DNA from: Candidatus Woesearchaeota archaeon
Lineage (GTDB): Archaea; Nanobdellota; Nanobdellia; Woesearchaeales; JABGUJ01
Assembly: GCA_018646625.1 (NCBI GenBank)
Contig: JABGUJ010000002.1
Location: 164,843-228,842 of the forward strand
Direction of reading: 5' to 3'
Length of the DNA stretch: 64,000 nt
Both the position numbers and the translations under genes were made by a program. Under the pieces are notes generated by a model. The model was not told where the DNA came from and searched no databases. It saw nothing but the letters and a program-made list of their open reading frames with translations. This document shows positions 48,106-58,919 of the stretch, in pieces (the stretch's first letter is position 1; the number at the start of each line of letters is the position of its first letter).

Positions 48106-48879
48106 CTTTTTCTTCTTTTTTGGTTGTTTCTTAGCGTTTAGTTTTCTTCTTGTAACCAACCAAATGCCTAATGCACCAATAATGATTATAGGAAGACTCA
48201 GATATTGTCCAATAGTTAATCCATTGTATAATGGAAAGTCTTTCCAGAATTCTACTATAAATCTAAATATACCGTATATGAAAAAGAAACTCCAGAATAC
48301 AAAACCATGCGGAAGTTTTTTCATCAGATTAAATTTATACATTATTAGAAATATTACAAAATTTTTGAACGCTTCATAGAGCTGGCTAGGGTGTCTTAAT
48401 CCCTCGTAACCATCAAACTCCACACCAATCCAGGAGGGAGTGACTCTACCTACAAGTTCTCCGTTAGTAAAGTTACCAAGTCTAACAAACATCGCACCTA
48501 GTGCAACAGGGACCATAGTTATGTCAGCTAATCTGTAAAATTTAATCTTCTTTATTCTTGCAAAAATTAGTGCAGCAATAGTCCCGCCAATCATACCGCC
48601 ATGACTTGCTAATCCACCTTTCCAGATGTACAGTATCTCTAGAGGGTATGTTAAGTAAAAGTCTGGTTCGTAAACTAAACAATGTAATAGTCTTGCGCCA
48701 ACTAAAATTCCAATCGCCATCCAAAAAACGTAGTCGGCAACTTGATCAAGGTCTTTGAAGACCTTCTTTTCTTTGGCTAATTTCCTTAGTATGAAGAAAC
48801 CGATTAAGAAAGCTAATGCCATTAGTACACCATAGTATCGTACCTGAAAAGGACCTAATTCTAGCAGTATTGGATTCAT
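48097..48879 (-). CDS. lgt: Prolipoprotein diacylglyceryl transferase
   Basis: VRYYG, GARL, GGLASHGG, RLGNFTNGELVGR, RHPSQLYE, YGIFRFIVEF, GQYLSLP. Confidence 0.93.
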   Translation of the reverse strand: MNPILLELGPFQVRYYGVLMALAFLIGFFILRKLAKEKKVFKDLDQVADYVFWMAIGILVGARLLHCLVYEPDFYLTYPLEILYIWKGGLASHGGMIGGTIAALIFARIKKIKFYRLADITMVPVALGAMFVRLGNFTNGELVGRVTPSWIGVEFDGYEGLRHPSQLYEAFKNFVIFLIMYKFNLMKKLPHGFVFWSFFFIYGIFRFIVEFWKDFPLYNGLTIGQYLSLPIIIIGALGIWLVTRRKLNAKKQPKKKKKSK

Positions 48880-48901
48880 AGAGTGAGAGTTATTGGAAGG
48901 G

Positions 48902-48909
48902 TTTATAAA
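48902..48909. promoter_or_regulatory. Palindromic TATA box shared by divergent lgt and archaeosortase genes
   Basis: TTTATAAA with exactly 22 nt to each ATG (48879 and 48932); purine-rich BRE-like flanks on both strands. Confidence 0.6.
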
Positions 48910-48931
48910 TTTTGTTTAATGGATTTATATT

Positions 48932-50365
48932 ATGAAGTGGTTGATGAAACATAAAAGAGAGATCATACGAGTTGTTGTTGTTGCTTTGCTCTTGTTTGCG
49001 ATGTTTCCAGTACTAGCTAAAATTCTATTTTCTAATACCCCATATTTGTATAAAGCTCTTGAGCAAAATTTTTGGTTATTGGGCGTTACCGTGCTAGCAT
49101 TTTTAGTTATATCTCATTCAAAAATTAAATCTAACAAGTATGGTCTTGATTGTGTGTTAGTTATTGTTGGTCTAATTTTTATTATAGGGAGTGCATATTC
49201 GTTGGTTAGCATCGATTCTTTACCACACTCGTCTCTTAAGGTTAAAGGAGATTATGGTTTTGGTGAAGATAGACAATTGAACAAAGGCTGGATTGACTTA
49301 GAATCTGCGAGAGTACTTAGCTTTGCACCTCTTAATGTTCGTGTTCCAGTTTATGGAATCTATCTTATGGATTCAGATTCAGTTGTTCGTAAAGAGATTA
49401 TTCTTAACGAAGTCTCCGAGGATCTTACAGTCGCAATCCATTTATCTTGGCAAAATAGCTCTGTAGTCGTTTCATCTTTTGGTGAGAAGGATAATAATTA
49501 TGTTGGTTTGGTTATTAATGGTAATGAGTTTGACGTTTCTGATAGTGTTTTTAAGAGTGAAGAGTACGAAGGATTATGGATTTATGTTAGTGTTCCTGCA
49601 AGTTATTTTGTCGAAGGTGATAATATAATCTCTGTTAAATCTCGGCCGGGCGATAAAGTAGTAAAGGTTTCTGAGATTGTTTCAGGGAATGTTTCTTCGA
49701 TTATTGGCTCTTCAGGATTAGTGCATGAAAATGATAATTTGCTTATTTTTATCTCTGGAGATCGTTCTTTTTTCTATGAAGTTGGAAGTTTGCTTAAAAT
49801 ACTCGGGTTGCTGTTAATTTTCGTAGGTTGTGCAGGAATTCGATGGAAAGATGTTGTTAAAACTAAAAAAGAATTGTTATTCTCTATTGTTTTGTTGAAT
49901 GCTTTCTTTTATTTATCCTCTATTGCTAAAGAATATTGGTTTGTTTTGTCTAAAGCAGTTAGCTGGATTAATCAAACGTTGTTTGTTCTATTAGGAGTTC
50001 CGTCCACTCTTGAATTGGATAATCTCAGTGCCCCAGTGTTTCACATCAAAAATTTCTTTGTTAGCATCTCCACACCATGTTCAGGGATTGCTTCTTTGAA
50101 TTATTTTATGATTGCAATTGTTGTCATGTTAATTGTTAACTGGAAAGAAATAGATTTTAGGAAAGCCCTGTTTGTTGTTCCTCTAGGGATAGTTGGAATG
50201 TTCTTGATTAATACGTTAAGAGTATTTCTTTTGTTAATTATTGGTGCTTATTGGTCTCAAGAAATTGCTATAGGGATATTTCACACGTCTGCTGGGATGA
50301 TTTTGTTTATAATTTATTTTGGATTGTTTTGGTTCTTTGGTTGGAAGTACATGAGAAAAAGTTAA
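48932..50365 (+). CDS. Archaeosortase/exosortase family protein with an inserted extracytoplasmic domain
   Basis: PCSGI (Cys), INTLRV (Arg), FHT (His) in a multi-TM C-terminal half; ~190-aa soluble beta-rich insert. Confidence 0.85.
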   Translation: MKWLMKHKREIIRVVVVALLLFAMFPVLAKILFSNTPYLYKALEQNFWLLGVTVLAFLVISHSKIKSNKYGLDCVLVIVGLIFIIGSAYSLVSIDSLPHSSLKVKGDYGFGEDRQLNKGWIDLESARVLSFAPLNVRVPVYGIYLMDSDSVVRKEIILNEVSEDLTVAIHLSWQNSSVVVSSFGEKDNNYVGLVINGNEFDVSDSVFKSEEYEGLWIYVSVPASYFVEGDNIISVKSRPGDKVVKVSEIVSGNVSSIIGSSGLVHENDNLLIFISGDRSFFYEVGSLLKILGLLLIFVGCAGIRWKDVVKTKKELLFSIVLLNAFFYLSSIAKEYWFVLSKAVSWINQTLFVLLGVPSTLELDNLSAPVFHIKNFFVSISTPCSGIASLNYFMIAIVVMLIVNWKEIDFRKALFVVPLGIVGMFLINTLRVFLLLIIGAYWSQEIAIGIFHTSAGMILFIIYFGLFWFFGWKYMRKS

Positions 50366-50826
50366 TGTTTTCTTTTTGAAATAAATATTGCTAATGTTAT
50401 TGCAACTACTAACGCTATTAGTCCAAAGTATAATGGGAATTCTGGTGCATCTTGTGCCATGTTGTGTATTACACACTGGTCATCAACTACGCAGATTTGA
50501 TTTACACAATCAGTACATTGATCAGGAGCTACCAAAAAATCACAATTTGAGTTGATAGCACATTCTGGAAGAAAATGTCTTTGGCATTCATATGTTTCAC
50601 AATGTACTACGACATCACACTCATGATTACCTGGAATTTTCCAGAAATAATTAATCGAACCATCATCAAAATAGCAACAAGTTGAACCTATTGAAACCCC
50701 ACAACAGTTTTGAGAAGAAGGCTCGTCTTGAATATAGCAGGTACCAAACACAGCCCCAGGAGGCGCAGCAAAGACAAAACTGCTAATCAAAAGCAGCCAC
50801 ACAACCATGAGGATTAACGTTTTCAT
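50362..50826 (-). CDS. Cys-rich secreted protein with PEF-CTERM-like sorting signal
   Basis: Signal peptide; 14 Cys; C-terminus APEF, TM, KRKH. Confidence 0.8.
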   Translation of the reverse strand: MKTLILMVVWLLLISSFVFAAPPGAVFGTCYIQDEPSSQNCCGVSIGSTCCYFDDGSINYFWKIPGNHECDVVVHCETYECQRHFLPECAINSNCDFLVAPDQCTDCVNQICVVDDQCVIHNMAQDAPEFPLYFGLIALVVAITLAIFISKRKH

Positions 50827-50994
50827 GTGTTAATTTTCCTGTCTTAATGTATTTAAATCTAATTAATAAAAATCCTAAATAACTGAGTTGTCTACGCAAC
50901 TACAACACATATTTATATATTGTTGCCACTTCTTAGTACTAATTCGCAAGAATAGGGGTTTTCTAGGCAATTTAGAGCTAAACAGGCGTCTACC

Positions 50995-51213
50995 ATGAAA
51001 CACATCAAAATTGACACAGACTGTGAGGACTATCTTATGGCTAGATACAAGATCCTCGATGAATGGCATAGGGCGTTCATCAAGACAATGCTTGAAAAAT
51101 ATGAATGGAATATAAGAGAAGCAGCACTGCGTACAGGCCTTACACAGATCGAATTTATAGATAAGATCAACCATTATGGAATAAAGCTTACGGCAAGAGA
51201 TAGACTAAGATAG
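50995..51213 (+). CDS. Fis/NtrC-type HTH small protein
   Basis: FIKTMLEKYEWNIREAALRTGL....IDKINHYGI. Confidence 0.6.
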   Translation: MKHIKIDTDCEDYLMARYKILDEWHRAFIKTMLEKYEWNIREAALRTGLTQIEFIDKINHYGIKLTARDRLR

Positions 51214-51256
51214 ATATTCCAAAAGGCATAAATAAGAGTGTAAAATATTCTCAGCC

Positions 51257-51808
51257 ATGAGTTTTGATCTATCTAGACTAAAAGAAGTTAGGCAACGATT
51301 AGGTATAACGCAGAATGAGTTGTCTAATTTAGCAGGAGTTTCTCAATCATTAATAGCCAAAGTAGAAAGTGGAAGATTAGATCCAACGTATTCTAACGCA
51401 GGTAAGATAATTAATGCAATTGAGCAAGCCAGTAAAAAAAGTTGCATTAAAGCAAAAGAAATGATGAATAGCAAGATTGTGAGTTGTTCTCCTGAAGAGA
51501 ATATTAATTCTGTAGTTGTCAAGATGAACAAGAATGATATTTCACAGATTCCAGTAATTGATAATACAGTTGTAGGACTAGTATCAGAAAGATCTATATT
51601 GGATTCAATATCTAATCCACGTAAAACTGTTAGTAAAGCAAAAGAAATTATGGAAGGTGCACCACCAATAGTTTCGTCCGAGACACCTTCTGAAGCAGTA
51701 GTAGATCTGTTGAAGCATTTCCCTATTGCACTGGTTAGCGAAAATGGAAAATTGAAAGGCATAATCACCAAATCAGATATAATTACTAAGTTGTATGGTA
51801 AAAGATGA
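51257..51808 (+). CDS. XRE-HTH plus CBS-pair transcriptional regulator
   Basis: RQRLGITQNELSNLAGVSQSLIAKVESG; SQIPV; GIITKSD. Confidence 0.9.
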   Translation: MSFDLSRLKEVRQRLGITQNELSNLAGVSQSLIAKVESGRLDPTYSNAGKIINAIEQASKKSCIKAKEMMNSKIVSCSPEENINSVVVKMNKNDISQIPVIDNTVVGLVSERSILDSISNPRKTVSKAKEIMEGAPPIVSSETPSEAVVDLLKHFPIALVSENGKLKGIITKSDIITKLYGKR

Positions 51809-52740
51809 ATAAACTATTTGTTGGTAAGGTGTTTCTAGCACCAATGGCAGAGGTCACAGATTTAGCATTTAGAATTCTATGTAGAAAATATGGCGCAGAT
51901 GTTGCGGTGAGTGAAATGGTTAGCGCGAATGCCTTGTCTAGAGATAGTCAAAATTCTTTGAAAATAATTCAAACGTGTGAAGAAGATAAACCACTAGGAA
52001 TTCAGATATTCGGTCAGAATACTGAGTGTATTGAGAAAGCAGTTAAGATCGTAGAAGACAAATGTGATTTTATTGACTTCAATCTAGGATGTCCTGCACC
52101 AAAGATAATTGACCAAGGAGCAGGTTCTGCACTCTTGAAAAGACCAAATAGAATTAAAGAAATTCTTGAAACAATGGTCAGTAATTCTAAAGTTCCAGTT
52201 ACTGTGAAGATTAGAAGCGGCATCAATAAAGGAGATAATGTTGCAGTTAAAATCGCGAAAATTGCTGAAGAGGCTGGTGTGGAAGCTATTGCAGTGCATG
52301 CAAGAAGTCAACAACAAAAATATTCAGGAGAAGCAGATTGGAATATAATTAAAGAAGTTAAAGAAAATGTAGGTATTGCAGTTATTGGAAATGGCGATAT
52401 TGAAGATGCCATAGATGCTAAACTTATGAGAGAGAAAACAGGATGCGATTCGGTGATGATTGGAAGAGCATCAATGGGTAATCCTCATATATTCAAGCAA
52501 GTAAAAGAGTTGCTCGATAATGAAAATCTGATTGATCCTGTTTCCTCACATGAAAAACTAGAAATGTTTAAAGAATATTATAAACTGTGTACGCAGTATG
52601 ATCTTGACTCTGTTCCAAGAGCTAAAATGCATTTGATGTGGTTCACAAAAGGATTAAAGGGAAGCACAAAGATGAGAAATGCAATATCTAGAATTAAAAC
52701 TTTTGAAGAAGTTGAAGAATGGGTACAAAAAATAGTTTAA
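51805..52740 (+). CDS. dusB: tRNA-dihydrouridine synthase (DusB-like)
   Basis: LAPMA, QIFG, DFNLGCP, GAGSALL, VKIR, VHAR, GNGDI, MIGR. Confidence 0.9.
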   Translation: MNKLFVGKVFLAPMAEVTDLAFRILCRKYGADVAVSEMVSANALSRDSQNSLKIIQTCEEDKPLGIQIFGQNTECIEKAVKIVEDKCDFIDFNLGCPAPKIIDQGAGSALLKRPNRIKEILETMVSNSKVPVTVKIRSGINKGDNVAVKIAKIAEEAGVEAIAVHARSQQQKYSGEADWNIIKEVKENVGIAVIGNGDIEDAIDAKLMREKTGCDSVMIGRASMGNPHIFKQVKELLDNENLIDPVSSHEKLEMFKEYYKLCTQYDLDSVPRAKMHLMWFTKGLKGSTKMRNAISRIKTFEEVEEWVQKIV

Positions 52741-53192
52741 AGGATGTTAATCTTTGCATGGTGGATGACAAACACTTTTGCTTTGGATGTTGCGGTCATG
52801 ATTATACTACAAAAGAATCTATTATGTGGGGTATAAAGAAAAATACCCTAGAGATGCAAGATTTTAAAGATAAAATTGAGTTCGCAAATAGAGCTAAATT
52901 GTTACGTTGTTCAGGAATATGTAAAAACCTCACAGTTTTACCAGATGGAAGGGTTGGTTGTCCTTTGCATCCTGTATGGAATGAAGGTAAGGACTTAAGG
53001 TTGAAGCATAAAGATTGTAATACTAAATATTTGTGTAAGGTGTTTTTTAAATATGTCAATGACTGGGATGATGCAAAACGTCAAAGATTCCTTGATTTTG
53101 TTGATAGTTTGAAACTGGATTGGTTTGATTATTCCATAAAAATGGATGATGATAGTTTGTTAAAAGAGTTTGAGAAAAAAGAAGGAGAATAA
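52719..53192 (+). CDS. Cys-cluster (YkgJ/zinc- or iron-chelating-like) protein
   Basis: CFGCCG, C..L....VGCPLHP, DC...YLC. Confidence 0.65.
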   Translation: MGTKNSLKDVNLCMVDDKHFCFGCCGHDYTTKESIMWGIKKNTLEMQDFKDKIEFANRAKLLRCSGICKNLTVLPDGRVGCPLHPVWNEGKDLRLKHKDCNTKYLCKVFFKYVNDWDDAKRQRFLDFVDSLKLDWFDYSIKMDDDSLLKEFEKKEGE

Positions 53193-53195
53193 TAA

Positions 53196-55312
<2,117 letters not shown>

Positions 55313-55412
55313 TTATTGTGTGTTGATTTAAATATGTTTTCTTTTCAGATGGCGGTAGAAGGCCCTTACAGTAATAATTGGGCGGTTTAAGCTATTTTAG
55401 TAACATTTATAT

Positions 55413-55435
55413 AATACAATGCAATACAATGTATT
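55413..55435. promoter_or_regulatory. Candidate autoregulatory operator of the RHH gene
   Basis: AATACAATG direct repeat (55413, 55423) plus AATACA-a-TGTATT inverted repeat, between TATA (TTTATATA) and ATG 55439. Confidence 0.5.
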
Positions 55436-55438
55436 ATT

Positions 55439-55666
55439 ATGAAAACTGTTAGTTTACGCATAGATACAGATCTGTTGGCAGATGTTGATAGATTAGTCAA
55501 ACCGTTTAGATATAGTAACAGAACCGAGTTAATTAGACAAGCAGTTAGAGAATTTGTTGAAAAGTTAGAGAACGATAGAGAGAGAAAAAGTTCTAAAAAA
55601 AATATATTAGTTAACGATGAAATTATTGCAGAGTTGGAAAAAAGATTTGGAGAACTTAAACAATAA
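55439..55666 (+). CDS. CopG/NikR-like ribbon-helix-helix regulator
   Basis: MKTVSLRIDTDLLADVDRLV...YSNRTELIRQAVREF. Confidence 0.85.
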   Translation: MKTVSLRIDTDLLADVDRLVKPFRYSNRTELIRQAVREFVEKLENDRERKSSKKNILVNDEIIAELEKRFGELKQ

Positions 55667-55762
55667 GTTTTTAGACGGAGATACATAGAAACCTTTATAA
55701 AGGACGTTTAGTTGAAGTTTATCATTACAATTACTAGTAATATAAAAAAGAGGTGTAGACAT

Positions 55763-56302
55763 ATGAAGATTTTTTCGGGTCGGATTTCTAGAAGAAAAAT
55801 GCTTAAGATTGGAAGTTTGAGTCTTTCCGTTAATGCAATTGTTGTTTTAGTTCTAGCGATTACTATGCTTGGATTAGGATTAGCATTTACTAAAGGAATG
55901 TTTGGTAAATTGGCAGGTAAAATAGAGATACCTCCTCCAAATATTCCAGCTACAAAAGGTGAACCTATTGTTCTCCCAGCTGAAGAAGTTAGATGGGAAA
56001 AACCAACTAAAGATTTAGCAATCTCAGTTAATATTTACAATGATGATGATGATGGATATGTTATGGCAGGTTTTGAGTGTCCAAACCTTGCAGGAATGAG
56101 TACCGCCATCACGGCAAGCAATTGGGTTAAAGCCGATGAATTTTCCCCATTCAAGATTTTACTACCCAAGTTTGCATCTGCACCTACCGCAAGTACAACT
56201 GTTTGTACGATATACAAGTGTTATGATGCTAATACAGCACCAACTAGCTGTACATCTGCTAGCGCATATGTAGATCAAAAGCAAATTACATTGAAAGTTT
56301 AA
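55763..56302 (+). CDS. Type IV pilin-like protein (class III signal peptide-like)
   Basis: Basic leader, KIG/SLSLSVNAIVVLVLAITMLGLG; GAGGTG SD before ATG 55763. Confidence 0.7.
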   Translation: MKIFSGRISRRKMLKIGSLSLSVNAIVVLVLAITMLGLGLAFTKGMFGKLAGKIEIPPPNIPATKGEPIVLPAEEVRWEKPTKDLAISVNIYNDDDDGYVMAGFECPNLAGMSTAITASNWVKADEFSPFKILLPKFASAPTASTTVCTIYKCYDANTAPTSCTSASAYVDQKQITLKV

Positions 56303-56317
56303 GAGAGGTTATTCAAG

Positions 56318-56836
56318 ATGAGAAAGTATTACAAAATAGGAAGCTTAAGTCTTTCAGTGAATGCGATTGTTGTTCTAGTTCTGGGAATAACAATGCTAGG
56401 TCTTGGACTAGCTTTTACTAAGGGAATGTTCGGTAAGTTGGCAGGTAAAATAGAAATACCCCCGCCAAATATTCCAGCAACTGCGTCGGAGCCAATTGTT
56501 TTGCCAGGTGATGATATAGCAATAAATGGAAATGATGGAAAATCATCCATATTTTCTGTCAATGCATACCATGACGGTACTTGTTCGGCCGATGACAATA
56601 AAGTGAAACTAACGTTTAGCGCAGCGTCAGGGTGCGTAGGATTTGCTGCAACTCCAACCGCAGCAGAGTTAGCTGTAACTACACAAAAGATTCCTGAAGA
56701 CCAATTTAGAACGTACAAAATAGTCGCAACACCTACTGTAGCTATGGCCGGATCATGTTTAATCAGCATAACTTCCGAATGTGATGGTGCAGGCGGTAAA
56801 CTATCATCAAAGCAGATAACGCTTAAACCGGAATAA
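56318..56836 (+). CDS. Type IV pilin-like protein, paralog of upstream gene
   Basis: 49/50 identical N-terminal residues; variable head ending KQITLK. Confidence 0.7.
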   Translation: MRKYYKIGSLSLSVNAIVVLVLGITMLGLGLAFTKGMFGKLAGKIEIPPPNIPATASEPIVLPGDDIAINGNDGKSSIFSVNAYHDGTCSADDNKVKLTFSAASGCVGFAATPTAAELAVTTQKIPEDQFRTYKIVATPTVAMAGSCLISITSECDGAGGKLSSKQITLKPE

Positions 56837-56850
56837 AGAGGTAAATTACA

Positions 56851-57084
56851 ATGGCAAGAGATATCAAAAAAAGATTAACTCAACAACAAGAGTTTGATAT
56901 CATGAAGCTTGTTTTGGACAAGTTCTTATGGTTAGGTACAGCAGTCATGGCTTTTGGCCTTCTTAATATGTGGGTTGAAGGAGTTGCAGGCATTAGAAGT
57001 GGCTTGCTAATTATGGTCGCAGGTGCAGTTGTCTTCGTACTATTCTTGATAATGGTTGTCAAAGAATACGAGATAATCAAATAA
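56851..57084 (+). CDS. Small two-TM membrane protein
   Basis: QEFDIMKLVLDKFLWLG plus two TM; GAGGT SD. Confidence 0.7.
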   Translation: MARDIKKRLTQQQEFDIMKLVLDKFLWLGTAVMAFGLLNMWVEGVAGIRSGLLIMVAGAVVFVLFLIMVVKEYEIIK

Positions 57085-57116
57085 TTTTATATACTTCTTT
57101 CTTTTTCTTTTATTTT

Positions 57117-57704
57117 ATGTTTAATGATAAAAGAGGTTTTCAGATTGTTGCTTTAATTCTTATATTGGCGATTTTATTGTTTGTCGGACTAGGCGCGTTA
57201 GTTATGTTTTCACCAGATGAAATGGAAGAAGTTCCTGCTTCAGAAGAAGGTGTTTTTGAGAAATCTGAAATCCCTTTAGAGGAAATGACATCGGAGGAAG
57301 TAAAAGCTGCTTTGAAGGAGATGACAATAGAAGAGATAAAAGCCGAGATGGATAAATTGGGCGAGATACTTGAAACGCCCCCTCCAACAATACCTGCCAC
57401 TTCTGATGAACCCATTGTTGTTTCTGACGAGTTCGTCGATATTAGTAATGATGCCGCAATCATTCTAGTTAATGTATATAATTATGATACGGCTCAGGAG
57501 CTGACTTTGACGGTGGATTCCTCCAGCTGTAAGGAAAGCGTAGATTTTCACTCAGATCCTCAAGTAGTTCCTGAAAAAACGTATAAAGAATTTGAGCTGC
57601 TACTTAGCACATCTCAGTTATCAGAGTCATGTGCAGTCAACATTGAAGTAAGAAATAGTGATGGGATTTATGATATGAAACAAATAAGCCTGGTGACGCA
57701 TTAA
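57117..57704 (+). CDS. Pilin-like protein (class III signal KRG/FQ) with acidic stalk
   Basis: KRGFQIVALILIL; shares PPP.IPAT..EPIV and KQI.L with the two upstream pilins. Confidence 0.65.
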   Translation: MFNDKRGFQIVALILILAILLFVGLGALVMFSPDEMEEVPASEEGVFEKSEIPLEEMTSEEVKAALKEMTIEEIKAEMDKLGEILETPPPTIPATSDEPIVVSDEFVDISNDAAIILVNVYNYDTAQELTLTVDSSSCKESVDFHSDPQVVPEKTYKEFELLLSTSQLSESCAVNIEVRNSDGIYDMKQISLVTH

Positions 57705-57708
57705 TAAA

Positions 57709-58275
57709 ATGACAAATATCTGTAATAATAAGAAAGGTTTTCAGTTAACTGCCACGTTTATGGTTAGTTTAGTTCTTGCAATTGTTGTTTTTGGTATGGG
57801 GATGATGTTCTTTGCAGATATATTTCAGGAAGCTTCAGATGTGAAAACAAGATTAGATTCTCAAACAGATCAGCAAATAAGAAATATACTTCTAAGTACA
57901 GGAGAAAAAGTTGCAATACCTTTTGATAAAAAAGAAATTAATGGCGGTGATACCGCAACGTTCGGCGTGGGCATATTTAATGTTCCCGGACCAAATGCAC
58001 CCACAAATTTTAAAATAGAAAAGTCAGGCACGGATTTTTGTAAGTGCTTTAAGAAAGATAATACCGCTTGTCCAACATCTCCTACAGCAGTTGTTGGTGA
58101 CCAAGGTCTTGGACAGATTCTCAAGATCAAACCAAATCAACAAAGAGTTGCCGTTGTTGGAATAGAAGTAGGAGATGTAGATATTGGTAGCAACATAATT
58201 TGCACCATAAAAGTTACAGATGTAGATCATAATAAACAATATGGAAGTACACAACAGGTCTATATACAAGTTTAA
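57709..58275 (+). CDS. Pilin-like protein (class III signal KKG/FQ)
   Basis: NKKGFQLTATFMVSLVLAIVVFGMG. Confidence 0.7.
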   Translation: MTNICNNKKGFQLTATFMVSLVLAIVVFGMGMMFFADIFQEASDVKTRLDSQTDQQIRNILLSTGEKVAIPFDKKEINGGDTATFGVGIFNVPGPNAPTNFKIEKSGTDFCKCFKKDNTACPTSPTAVVGDQGLGQILKIKPNQQRVAVVGIEVGDVDIGSNIICTIKVTDVDHNKQYGSTQQVYIQV

Positions 58276-58919
58276 AGAAATCCTTTAACTAATTCTCTTA
58301 TTACTTTCTCAGGGTTGTTAGCTTTTGTTACACCAGAAGCGATAAGAATACCTTTTGAGCCTAGTTCTTTGGACTTACTAACATCGTCTTTACTCTTAAC
58401 ACCTGCACCGCAAAGTACTGGCACGTTGTTTACCACAGCCACAGTATCGGATATGATCTCAGGTTTAGCAGTTGAGACGGATATGTCTCCTCCAATCAAC
58501 TCAGGAGGTTCAATAGCAATATAATCAGGAGAAAACTTAGAGACTTGTGATGCTTTCTTTGGCGTATCAACGCAAACAATTGTAAGTAGACCAACAGACT
58601 TTGCCCGGTCTATTGATTGTTTAATATTGTCAAGTGAAACACGATCTTCTGAGTGATCAATCAAAACTCCATAAGCACCATTTTCTAATATAGCTTCAGC
58701 CAAATCATGGCCGGTGTGAGATCCGTACACTACCGGATCAATATGTTGTGCAAGGACGGGAATAGAAACTTGTCTTGCAACTCTGAATAAATCAACATTT
58801 TGTACTGCAATAAGAATAGGAACTTTGACTTCATGAGCAACTTTATCACAAATTCTAGCAAGGTCAACTGCCTTTTGCCCAGTCGCCGAGGCATATGTTT
58901 TGAAGTTAATGACGAGCAT
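58272..58919 (-). CDS. tpiA: Triosephosphate isomerase (archaeal type)
   Basis: INFKTY, AQHID, HSE, IEPPELIG, LCGAGV, ASGV; ATG 58919. Confidence 0.93.
   Translation of the reverse strand: MLVINFKTYASATGQKAVDLARICDKVAHEVKVPILIAVQNVDLFRVARQVSIPVLAQHIDPVVYGSHTGHDLAEAILENGAYGVLIDHSEDRVSLDNIKQSIDRAKSVGLLTIVCVDTPKKASQVSKFSPDYIAIEPPELIGGDISVSTAKPEIISDTVAVVNNVPVLCGAGVKSKDDVSKSKELGSKGILIASGVTKANNPEKVIRELVKGFL

Noticed and set aside
55439..55666. Toxin-antitoxin pair
   Set aside because: No toxin ORF adjacent to the RHH gene
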